This document shows, piece by piece, positions 37,345 through 46,258 of a DNA stretch of 64,000 nucleotides. The number at the start of each line of letters is the position of its first letter. Within the stretch, counting starts at the first letter, position 1. A program made the translations under genes and the position numbers. The notes below the pieces were generated by a model. The model searched no databases, had not been told where the DNA came from, and saw nothing but the letters and a program-made list of their open reading frames with translations. Where the stretch lies: assembly GCA_943354905.1 (NCBI GenBank), contig CALRDL010000001.1, positions 29,520-93,519 of the forward strand, given 5' to 3'. This stretch comes from Candidatus Nomurabacteria bacterium (GTDB lineage Bacteria; Patescibacteriota; Minisyncoccia; Phycocordibacterales; UBA9973).

Positions 37345-37500
37345 ATCCCCCAGCTAAAACTAGAAATAAGAGTAGATATGGGATTATTCTAGTAGAAGAA
37401 AATAACCATATTTTTTTTATTGGTGTTTTCACTACGGGGATTGTTTTGCTAAAATTTGAATTCATTTATTTTCTTCGTTTTATTATAGCATTAGTTATAT
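37345..37500 (-). repeat. Copy 3 of the VirB6-like leader module with a consensus -10 box
   Basis: Encodes MNSNFSKTIPVVKTPIKKIWLFSSTRIIPYLLLFLVLAGGFI. Preceded on the minus strand by gctataataaaacgaagaaaataaATG. Confidence 0.7.
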
Positions 37501-37527
37501 GAATTTAGCTGTGTATTTTATTTTTGT

Positions 37528-37556
37528 TTGACATTGTTTTTAATTTCTACTATACT
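37528..37556 (+). promoter_or_regulatory. Consensus sigma70-type promoter: TTGACA, 17-nt spacer, TATACT
   Basis: ttgaca at 37528-37533, then a 17-nt spacer, then tatact at 37551-37556. Confidence 0.5.
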
Positions 37557-37562
37557 ATGCGT

Positions 37563-37647
37563 AGGTGTTTGTAGGGTTCGCCCTCTTACGGCACTAAGCT
37601 GTTAACAAACACTCACAAAGAACCCACCTTTTTGGTGGATTTTTTGT
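37563..37647 (+). ncRNA. Candidate ~85-nt small RNA with its own promoter and an intrinsic terminator
   Basis: An internal stem (gtgtttgt...acaaacac), then the terminator cccacc-tttt-ggtgg followed by ATTTTTTG. Lies in the 3' flank of ORF 37650-38126. Confidence 0.35.
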
Positions 37648-37649
37648 TT

Positions 37650-38126
37650 CTAATCTTCTTCCGGGTTGCCATCATGAAATATTCTAGTCATTGTTTCTCT
37701 ATTCATTCCCCAAAATGGAATAATACTCCAGAAAATTCTTTTACCATCTTCTATTTGTTTTATAATAATTTTAACCCTATTTCTTTTAATTATCGCTATA
37801 AATTCATAGTACGTGACATTTTTTAGGATTTTGTCCAGCCTACTATGAACTTTTATGTGTTCAAATTTTTTCGTTTCCCATATTCCTTGTAAGCTAGATG
37901 ATATTTTTATGACTTCGGGTGCTAAATTTATGAGTTTGAAACGCATATATTGATCTTGTTCCAATCGTGATTTTCCTCGATATTTATATTTTAAATGTTC
38001 AAGCCCTTGAGCATTAAATGCTATTTTTTCCTTAAAATATGGACAATAAACTTCCGTAATGGATTTATAAAAGGATTCTCCATTTATTTTAATTTTTTCA
38101 AATTCTTCATTACTAAATTTTAGCAT
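37650..38126 (-). CDS. Hypothetical protein (158 aa) preceded by a truncated leader copy
   Basis: No family recognised. Confidence 0.35.
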   Translation of the reverse strand: MLKFSNEEFEKIKINGESFYKSITEVYCPYFKEKIAFNAQGLEHLKYKYRGKSRLEQDQYMRFKLINLAPEVIKISSSLQGIWETKKFEHIKVHSRLDKILKNVTYYEFIAIIKRNRVKIIIKQIEDGKRIFWSIIPFWGMNRETMTRIFHDGNPEED

Positions 38127-38215
38127 ATTTTTTTTATTGGTATTTTCATTACGAGACTAGTTTTTCTAAATTCTAAGCTCATTTATTTTCTTCGTTTTAT
38201 TATAGCATTAGTTTT
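38127..38215 (-). repeat. Copy 4 (truncated) of the VirB6-like leader module
   Basis: Encodes MSLEFRKTSLVMKIPIKK. Shares the promoter gctataataaaacgaagaaaataaATG. Confidence 0.6.
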
Positions 38216-38218
38216 TAA

Positions 38219-39376
38219 CTAACTTCCAAGAAAGTCTGTGTAATTCTCTACTGTAATAACCTTAAAATTGATCTGGAGATTCTTGTTGGTCTCGATAAAT
38301 ACTTTCGGAGTTTTTTTCTTCTGCATATTATTAAGAGTAAATTCATAAACATCAGCATTTTGATTCCACTTTTCAATATAATCAATCTCTTTACCCTCGA
38401 TATTTCTCCAGAAGAACGTTTGATACAATTTTCCATTGTACGCGTTACTTTTAAGTTTCTCTATGATGGCAAAGTTTTCAAACAAGTTGCCGAGATCTCT
38501 GCGCATTAAACCATTTTTATTAATGTTTGTTTCTGTAAAATCATTGATTATGGCATTACGAATACCGAGGTCGTAGAAATACAGCTTGTTCTTTTTACGT
38601 ATTTCGGTGCGGAGATTGTTGTTATAACTTTTCAGTCTAAATACAACAAATGATTGTTCTAATAGATAAATATATCTTTGTATTGTCTTACTACTCGTTC
38701 CCAATTCTTTACTTATTTTATTTATACTAATTTCATTACCTATTTGATAAGCGAGTGTGCGGAGTAAATTTAGCAATATTTCTGGTTTTTTTAGATTTTC
38801 AAATTTAAGAATATCTTTGAGTAGAAATGATTCAGCTAGATTTTTAACTTTGGCTATTTTCTCTTCGATGGTGCCCTGCAGGATGACTTCTGGATAGCTA
38901 CCAAAACGGAGTATGTAATCGAGATGTGTTGTGGGGTTGAAGTATTCAGAATTCCTGATTTCATAGTCGGTGAGTGGGTACATATTAAGTAAAATATTTC
39001 TACCCATTAACGGCTCTCCGATTTGACCAGCAAGTTCGAAAGAGGATGACCCTGTTACTACAATTTTGAGGTTTGGGTAGGCATCGATAATGATTTTGAG
39101 ATTTATTCCGATATTTTTTATATTCTGTGCTTCATCGATAAACAAGAGGTCGAGGTCCTCGACATGTTCTTTTAGTTTTTCTAGTCTTTGAGATGAAAAT
39201 ATTTCTTGGGTAGTTATACTATCACCAGCATAGACTCTATACTTGTCTTTGAATTGCTCAAGGAAACTATTTATTATAGTTGTTTTACCTACCTGTCGTG
39301 GACCATAGATGATCAAAACCTTACCGTTTTGGACAAAGCTTCCGATGTCTATTTGTCTTTTAACTAAATTCTTCAC
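38219..39376 (-). CDS. AAA-family ATPase (COG1373-like, ATPase domain plus DUF4143-type C-terminus)
   Basis: Walker A GPRQVGKTT, Walker B LLFIDEAQ, and a C-terminal winged-helix-like region. Confidence 0.65.
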   Translation of the reverse strand: MKNLVKRQIDIGSFVQNGKVLIIYGPRQVGKTTIINSFLEQFKDKYRVYAGDSITTQEIFSSQRLEKLKEHVEDLDLLFIDEAQNIKNIGINLKIIIDAYPNLKIVVTGSSSFELAGQIGEPLMGRNILLNMYPLTDYEIRNSEYFNPTTHLDYILRFGSYPEVILQGTIEEKIAKVKNLAESFLLKDILKFENLKKPEILLNLLRTLAYQIGNEISINKISKELGTSSKTIQRYIYLLEQSFVVFRLKSYNNNLRTEIRKKNKLYFYDLGIRNAIINDFTETNINKNGLMRRDLGNLFENFAIIEKLKSNAYNGKLYQTFFWRNIEGKEIDYIEKWNQNADVYEFTLNNMQKKKTPKVFIETNKNLQINFKVITVENYTDFLGS

Positions 39377-39495
39377 AATATAATTATATACTAAGGTAAA
39401 AAATAAGTCAATATAATTTACCTTTAAGTCATAATTTATGGAATAAAAGGTCAGGTTTTGTATTTTTTCACTCCATAAAACACGAAAATTAATTA

Positions 39496-42400
39496 CTAAT
39501 TTTCATTATTTGTTGTTGGTTCTGTCTGACTTTGTATCCACGTACTACCATTTACTGAATCACAATCTTCCTTTGATACTTCCGATTCGGTGAATTTTTG
39601 TTCAGGAGTGACTGGATTAGAAAGAGTACAAGTACCTAATCTTATTCCAATGTCAGTATCGTTTACGATGATTGGTGCTTCGATGACTGGTGTTAATCCA
39701 GGGAGGTCTTTTTTGTAGTCCACTATCTGTGTATTATAAATAAGATCACAACTTAGTTTCATAGTAGCAGAATGTCCAAATACCCCAAGGGATCCACGCC
39801 ATTTCAATACATCTTTGGCATTTACATAAGGAACATCAGGGTGTGTTACAATTCCATCTGGTTTGTTGCCCAATGCTCTACCTATAAGTATTCCTGGAAT
39901 TATGCCTATTCCTCCGGTGATGGCACCTAAATATCCACCCAGTATTGCACCAAAAGCACCACTACTTCCGTCGTTTTCATGTGTAAAAGATTTATGGTTA
40001 TATCCACCTTTGATCGGTGCATCACAGAATATGTCTTGTTCTGTGCCAGATGTGGTAGGAAATTTATCTGCAATACCAGAAGCAGTAAGGTTGCTATTTG
40101 GTCCACCCTTTTCTTCCCATCCTTTAGCTTTTCTTTCTTGTCTACATTTTGTGACCAAGGCTATAGTTTTTTCGTATTTATTTTTTGCCATACTCAATTC
40201 GTTTAGAGTATTTTCTATAGTTGAACTATTTGAGATAGATATCTTGATCGGGTTGTACTTTTTTCGCAGGTCTACCAGATATTTTTCTTCGTTTGAACCG
40301 ACTTCTGGTTGATCTGTCAATTTATCCAAGTCGGCTTTTATTGACAGCAATCTAGCCAGTGCCTGATTTTTTATTCTCTTACTATCAATAATCTCCTTTG
40401 ATTGTTGATAGAGTGTGTCGATTTCGTCTATGGCGTCCATATAAATTTGGGAATCTCCTAGGGACATTAGCATTTTATTATCGATCCAATCCTTGAAAGA
40501 TTTTACGGCAAATTCTAATTCATTATAGACGAGTCGAGCAGCAGCAGCTTTTTCTCCATTTTGCTCGTTCATTCTTCCCTGTAACTTGCTACTGTTTCTA
40601 TCCATTTCTTCTGTTAATCTATCCTTCCATCCCATGTTTGGTCCTGGCATACACATATCGAGTTCACGTATCTCTGGCCAAGTTTTACTGATCATTTGAA
40701 TGATGCCGGGATCGTTTATAGCGCGATTGTCTATAAGTGCGATTTCTCTTTGGGTGTTTACAATATCTCCGGGGATGTATTTTTTACCATTTCCATCGGT
40801 CCATTCTCCTGGTGGGTAGATTTCATCATTTGCATCTTTTAAGTTTCTACTCACATTGTCACAATCAGCTTTACTGACTTGCACTGTTTTTTCTCGAGTG
40901 CTACATGAACCAAGTCCAATAGTGTTTCTGGTGTCTCCTACTTCAATTACTATTTGTCCTGCAACTGAAACATTTCTTTCTGAACCATCTTCATCTTTTT
41001 CTATTATGCTCCCTACACGTACCCTCTGTGTATATCCATCCAGTTGTTTTTTGAAAACATCCAAAGAGATTTCTTCATCTGGACCAGTGCTCCAAGGCTT
41101 ATTTACGTCATCGTCTGCGACTCCGAGTCTCTGTCCTTCATATTCAAAGTCTTCTTCTACAGGTTTCCGATTTGTCTTAGTAGCCAGAGCATTTAATCCT
41201 TCACCCAAGAATTTATTAAATAAAGCATCAAAAATAGCGGACAATCCAGTAATGCTGTCACCTACTACACTACCAAGTACGGTTTGATCCGCTCTTGCTC
41301 CCATAGCTTTTGCTATCTGATTTGCTATTACAGAACCCGGAGTGGTAGCGACGAGTCCACCTGGACAATTGTTGTTTACATCCCACATTATTTTTTCTAC
41401 TGCACGAGCGTTATTAAATCTTATGGTTTCTGCACGATATCCTGCTTCTCTTTCTGGATCTCTAGTTCCACCACCAGCAAATGTATCATCATCAAAATTA
41501 TACCCTCTAGGGAGAGTTGTTCTATTTCTTTGTGAAGGTGTTGTAGTGGGAGGTAAAGGTAGTCCTGAAGGTAATGTTAAAGGTGGTAATGGAGGTATAA
41601 TATTAGGAGCAGGAGGGCGAGGAGCGACTGCAAGAAGTAAGCCATCAAGAGCAGATGCAGATCCAGTACCTCGTGGTGGTGGTGGAAATGGTGATGGTGG
41701 TAGGTTTACGGGTGGTAATCCTCTCGGTGGGGGTGTTGTTAGATCTGGTGGGGGTGGTAACTCAGGGACTGCAACACTGGAATAATTTTCATTAAACTTT
41801 GTTTTAGGTTGGAAACTTGGCTTCTGAAATTCATTTTTACCATTATTATAATTAGGATTTGAAGGACAAGTTTGCGGAGACAAAAATCCCATACCTTGAT
41901 CTAGGACTTTTTTTACTTTATTTGCACTAGTTTCGACCACACCTTCTAGTTTTCTGGCGAGCCGTTCGGTGGCTAGCATCTGATAACCGATATAATTATT
42001 TTGGGGATACATAGTATTGGTCAAAAATCCATTCCATCCCCCGACGTTAAAATCAGTCCTGTATCTTTGCAATAGTGCTGGGTCGTTTATGACTTTACTG
42101 AGGGTGTATTGTGCGTTGTCTTCAAATTTTTGTTTATAAGATCCTATAATATTTAATGCAAAACCTTTTCCAAAAGGAAAACGATTTGAGTCGTAGCCTG
42201 TCATTGTAATGAAATTCTTGATCTCATATTTTCCTACATCTCGAAAGAAAGATGTTGGATTTTCCAAGAAAAGTGGCGCACCGTGAAATCCAGCGTTGAT
42301 CCAGTTTATTGTACTTTTTGTCATTTCAGCCATGAGCCTTTTATTTACAGTTATAACCATTTGTTTCAATATTGCTATACTTGTCTCTTTAATTTTAAAG

Positions 42401-42600
42401 CCCAGACTTGTTGCATTTACTTTTGCATTTACCTTCCCCGCCACCGCCCCCACCACCGCCGCCTTCGTTGCACCAGGATCACTTACAACTGCTTGAGCAT
42501 GGGATTTTTCAGGTTTTAAAAATAAAAAACTCGGCATTAGTATTGCAATAATTAAAAAAGATGAGATGAGTTTTATAATTTTATTATTTTTAGTTTGCAT
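39496..42600 (-). CDS. Large secreted protein (1034 aa) with a Pro-rich low-complexity segment and a C-terminal Gly-zipper transmembrane region
   Basis: Signal peptide. PPPP..LPP runs at about 41500-41800. C-terminal GAILGGYLGAITGGIGIIPGILIG. Confidence 0.45.
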   Translation of the reverse strand: MQTKNNKIIKLISSFLIIAILMPSFLFLKPEKSHAQAVVSDPGATKAAVVGAVAGKVNAKVNATSLGFKIKETSIAILKQMVITVNKRLMAEMTKSTINWINAGFHGAPLFLENPTSFFRDVGKYEIKNFITMTGYDSNRFPFGKGFALNIIGSYKQKFEDNAQYTLSKVINDPALLQRYRTDFNVGGWNGFLTNTMYPQNNYIGYQMLATERLARKLEGVVETSANKVKKVLDQGMGFLSPQTCPSNPNYNNGKNEFQKPSFQPKTKFNENYSSVAVPELPPPPDLTTPPPRGLPPVNLPPSPFPPPPRGTGSASALDGLLLAVAPRPPAPNIIPPLPPLTLPSGLPLPPTTTPSQRNRTTLPRGYNFDDDTFAGGGTRDPEREAGYRAETIRFNNARAVEKIMWDVNNNCPGGLVATTPGSVIANQIAKAMGARADQTVLGSVVGDSITGLSAIFDALFNKFLGEGLNALATKTNRKPVEEDFEYEGQRLGVADDDVNKPWSTGPDEEISLDVFKKQLDGYTQRVRVGSIIEKDEDGSERNVSVAGQIVIEVGDTRNTIGLGSCSTREKTVQVSKADCDNVSRNLKDANDEIYPPGEWTDGNGKKYIPGDIVNTQREIALIDNRAINDPGIIQMISKTWPEIRELDMCMPGPNMGWKDRLTEEMDRNSSKLQGRMNEQNGEKAAAARLVYNELEFAVKSFKDWIDNKMLMSLGDSQIYMDAIDEIDTLYQQSKEIIDSKRIKNQALARLLSIKADLDKLTDQPEVGSNEEKYLVDLRKKYNPIKISISNSSTIENTLNELSMAKNKYEKTIALVTKCRQERKAKGWEEKGGPNSNLTASGIADKFPTTSGTEQDIFCDAPIKGGYNHKSFTHENDGSSGAFGAILGGYLGAITGGIGIIPGILIGRALGNKPDGIVTHPDVPYVNAKDVLKWRGSLGVFGHSATMKLSCDLIYNTQIVDYKKDLPGLTPVIEAPIIVNDTDIGIRLGTCTLSNPVTPEQKFTESEVSKEDCDSVNGSTWIQSQTEPTTNNEN

Positions 42601-42626
42601 TTTCTTTATATTATATAGTTTTTTCT

Positions 42627-43526
42627 TTAGTTATTCAATTTTTGTATCATTGCATTCCCTAGATTCTTAGTAGCCATATCTAACATCTCAATATTTTTTT
42701 CGTATTGGCTTATTCCACTTAATGCCATGATTGCGTCACTGTCATAAAGCTTTATGTTAATTATATTTTCTAATATTTGTTGGATAGAATTTATAAAATT
42801 TAAGTGAAGTACAGATAAAGATTGTGGTGTATTTATTTCGATTAGTCCTCCTATTACATTTTGTGTTTGCAATATTATTGGGTCAAGTTCGAGTAATATT
42901 GTCGGATCAATATTATTTTGATCAGCCAGGAATTCTTCTAGGATATCAATAGCCGTACGTTTTGTTTGGTGTTTATTGATAGTGCTGCTCATTATATTTT
43001 TGTAACTCTGCACAGCTCGTACACTCTCATCTTTTATGATTTTTAAATCAGAAAGTTTGTAAACTTTTTCTACTGGCATATTTTTGACTTGTTCTGCCAG
43101 AGAAATGCCTATCTTATCGATGGTTTCTTGGTCTACCCCACCATTTTGGCTGAGGGTGGCTACGGTGGCTATGAGTTCTCGAGAGAATTTATCCGTCTTT
43201 GTCAGATTCGCTTCATCCCAGACTAGAGAAGACTCACCTTTGGCACTTAAATTCTGTTCAGCTTTTAGTCTGGCTATTTCTTTACCATCTTCTATCCCGT
43301 CATCGTTCGTGTCCTTTTTATTTGGGTTCGTTCCCCAGAGATTTTCTTCCCAGTCTACTATGCCGTCACCATCTGCATCTTTGGATATCAGATTTGCGAG
43401 CGGTTCCGTGTCGTATACTAGCCCATCACCACCCTCTTGCAAACTTTCGGTGATTATATTTTTTATAGATGTTTTATTCTTTACGAAAAAAAGTACAGAT
43501 AAAAAAACTACTGCAAAAGCAATCAA
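42627..43526 (-). CDS. Secreted protein with thrombospondin-type-3-like Ca-binding motifs
   Basis: DADGDGIVDWEENLWGTNPNKKDTNDDGIEDGKE. Confidence 0.4.
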   Translation of the reverse strand: MIAFAVVFLSVLFFVKNKTSIKNIITESLQEGGDGLVYDTEPLANLISKDADGDGIVDWEENLWGTNPNKKDTNDDGIEDGKEIARLKAEQNLSAKGESSLVWDEANLTKTDKFSRELIATVATLSQNGGVDQETIDKIGISLAEQVKNMPVEKVYKLSDLKIIKDESVRAVQSYKNIMSSTINKHQTKRTAIDILEEFLADQNNIDPTILLELDPIILQTQNVIGGLIEINTPQSLSVLHLNFINSIQQILENIINIKLYDSDAIMALSGISQYEKNIEMLDMATKNLGNAMIQKLNN

Positions 43527-43640
43527 AAGAATCCTCTTTTTATATTTGAACCAAATTAATTTATTTATGATTGAATTATAACAAATATAAAGTATAATAC
43601 TAGTATTAGTACGGTGTTAACTTACTTTAAATAATTCTTT

Positions 43641-46181
43641 ATGAAAAAAATAATATTTAGATACTTTTTTTTAGTTATATTTGCCCTAGTTCCGGTTTTA
43701 TCTGCTAACGCTGTGTTTTCTACTTGCACTTATACAGGTACTTGTAATTTACCTCAGAGTTCAGGTTGTCCGAGTGGTCAATATTGGAATTCCTCACTAA
43801 ACAGTTGTGCCATTAATCCAGTTGCTGTTTCTAGCAATACTCCCCCTGCTACCCCTACTCCCCCTGCTACTCCTCCTACCCCTACCCCAGCAAGCGATGT
43901 TTGTACTGGTGAAATTCGTACAGATATGGTTGCCGCTCAAAAATGTGCTGATTTAGCGATTACTAAAGGAAAAGCATTGGGATATGAAATAGATTGCAAG
44001 GTTATACAGTCTGGTTTGGCAGGATTTAGAGATCCAACATCAGGTCAAGGTTATGTTTTAAGTACTGATTGTACAGTCAATGGATCACCAGGTCACGGCG
44101 CGTATCTGCTTGCAGGATTTAAAGCAGCTCCAGCTTGTACTCCTGCACAAATGCAACGCATCGTTGCTTCAGGTTCTTCTAATACTGCTACAACTGAGGG
44201 GTGTAGCAATGCGATCGTTTCAAATGTTAATCCAGGATGGAATATCTTAGCAACAGAGCTTAGATATAGAGGTGCGGTTACTGATCCAAATCCTACACGT
44301 ACTCCCGCTACCATCCCTAACTGCACGACTAATTTTAGTGTGATTACAGGGAGTCCTTGCAGGGGAAATGTTGGAAGTGCAGGTAATACTACAGGTGGTA
44401 CGAGCGGAGACAGGATACTAGGTTGTGCCAGTACTTCTGGGGTCAGCACTATCACAGGTCAATCTTGTTCTGGGACTGTCTATTCTCTCGATAAAGACAA
44501 TGATGGTATTCCAGACGAGATAGATGACGAAGTGGATTTCATAGACAATGGCATAACAGCTCGCCCTCCTATATTTAGAACCACGAGAACAAATCCCCAA
44601 TGTTATGTTTTTACTCAGACATTACAAAATAACAGTACGGGTATTGAAGTATTTGCACTCACCTATGCTCTCAAACAAGAGGGATTTTTGTCCCAAACAA
44701 GTAGAGTGTTTGACACGACTGTAATGGTAGCTGTCAAAAGATTACAAGAAGCAAATAAAACTGAAATATTGAGTTTTCTCGGTCTTACCCAAGGAACAGG
44801 TGTAGTAGCAGAAAAGACTCGTGCATATTTGAATTCAAAATGTATCGTGCCTATGTCAGTGGTAACTGCAGAACAACAAGGTGGTTCCACTTCATGTGTA
44901 GCTCCTAAATCTGCTATTAAAAATGGCAAATATCAGTACACATTTACTAAAAATGTTGGAGGAAATTGGGTAGTTACACTCAATAACCCAGCATACAGTA
45001 CACCAAGTGATCCATATTATGTTCCAGCAAATATTTCTTTCACTGCGACCAATGCTCTTGATTTAAACAGACAAAATCAAGGTAAATTTAATTATCTACA
45101 AACATTACCAGGTACAGCTGTCGGAAACACTGAGTACCAAAATATCTTCGGCTCCTTCAATAATGCATATTATGACTGGGGCACGATGACAAAAGATGTG
45201 GTATGTACTACAACAGTAGCAATCGTAGTATTACCTGTTATTCCTCTCTCTCGATATGTAAAAGTTTCTATCGCAGATTGGGATACACTTCCTCTTGGAA
45301 TTCGTGAGATCACAGTATTAGGAGCAAATAACACTAAAGTTAGCCCTATATCTGTGAATATAACAAATATGGATGAATCGGGGTACCAAACCCCCTCCAA
45401 TCTAACCGACCGCAATGAAAATACTTACTGGAGGGCTATAAAGCATGTCTCCACCTGTGCTGTAAATACAGACTCGACAGCAGGTCGAGGTGCTGATACG
45501 AGCCCAGGTCGTGCCTGTGAAGTGTTAGGAGATTTACAAGTTATCACTCTCGATCTTGGTCAACTTGTAGCATTGGATCGAATAGCAGTAATGAATTACG
45601 GTCTCACTAATACACGAGTATTTGTGATTGAAGTAAGTAAAGATGGAAATTCATATACTCAGATTGCCGAAGTGCGTGCGCAAGTAAATGCACCAATTGC
45701 AGACAAAGGAATGGTCATTGGATTTATGAAGGACGCTGGCACTGTAGGTCCTCTTCCTTCCCTCCGCACTCTCACATCCATAAACGGTACTGCAGGAATT
45801 ATTGGTAATACCGTCACACTTACAGGTACAGGATTTACTCCTACTGGAAATAAAATTAAGTTTGGTAATTTAGGAAGTGAAAATAATCCTCAATATTCTG
45901 TACGGTCTACTGATGGAAAAACCTTGACATTTGCTGTTCCGGTTAGCAATTACGAGTCTTGTTGGAGACCTGTGATTGGAGCTGCTTGCGCGTTACCTAT
46001 CATACCTACTCAAACAGGTATTTACGATGTGTCCATAACAAATATTAATGGAACCAGTAATACACTACCGTTTGATGTTATTCCTGAGTGTCGTTATGGT
46101 GGTGCACAACGATTTGGTGAGAGTGAACTGATTTGCGGAAGGAGTGATAGAGCAATAGATGATAGATTCAGGCCCCAATAG
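43641..46181 (+). CDS. Secreted surface protein with a Pro/Thr-rich linker, a peptidoglycan-binding-like domain, an F5/8-type-C (discoidin)-like domain and an IPT/TIG-like domain
   Basis: Signal peptide. ALTYALKQEGFLSQ...VKRLQEAN resembles PG-binding domain 1. NENTYWRA...ITLDLGQLVALDRIAV resembles a discoidin domain. Confidence 0.45.
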   Translation: MKKIIFRYFFLVIFALVPVLSANAVFSTCTYTGTCNLPQSSGCPSGQYWNSSLNSCAINPVAVSSNTPPATPTPPATPPTPTPASDVCTGEIRTDMVAAQKCADLAITKGKALGYEIDCKVIQSGLAGFRDPTSGQGYVLSTDCTVNGSPGHGAYLLAGFKAAPACTPAQMQRIVASGSSNTATTEGCSNAIVSNVNPGWNILATELRYRGAVTDPNPTRTPATIPNCTTNFSVITGSPCRGNVGSAGNTTGGTSGDRILGCASTSGVSTITGQSCSGTVYSLDKDNDGIPDEIDDEVDFIDNGITARPPIFRTTRTNPQCYVFTQTLQNNSTGIEVFALTYALKQEGFLSQTSRVFDTTVMVAVKRLQEANKTEILSFLGLTQGTGVVAEKTRAYLNSKCIVPMSVVTAEQQGGSTSCVAPKSAIKNGKYQYTFTKNVGGNWVVTLNNPAYSTPSDPYYVPANISFTATNALDLNRQNQGKFNYLQTLPGTAVGNTEYQNIFGSFNNAYYDWGTMTKDVVCTTTVAIVVLPVIPLSRYVKVSIADWDTLPLGIREITVLGANNTKVSPISVNITNMDESGYQTPSNLTDRNENTYWRAIKHVSTCAVNTDSTAGRGADTSPGRACEVLGDLQVITLDLGQLVALDRIAVMNYGLTNTRVFVIEVSKDGNSYTQIAEVRAQVNAPIADKGMVIGFMKDAGTVGPLPSLRTLTSINGTAGIIGNTVTLTGTGFTPTGNKIKFGNLGSENNPQYSVRSTDGKTLTFAVPVSNYESCWRPVIGAACALPIIPTQTGIYDVSITNINGTSNTLPFDVIPECRYGGAQRFGESELICGRSDRAIDDRFRPQ

Positions 46182-46258
46182 ACAGTGTTTTTGGAAATAA
46201 TGTCTGGTTTGTGTCTACTAATGGAAGTTATATTTGGTCCGGGGGTACGAGAAAAGTT

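Noticed and set aside
24844-38215. Checked whether the heptad arrays and leader repeats could be a CRISPR array
   Set aside because: There is no regular repeat-spacer periodicity. The repeats are 7-nt units or ~150-bp gene-start duplications, and no cas genes are present.
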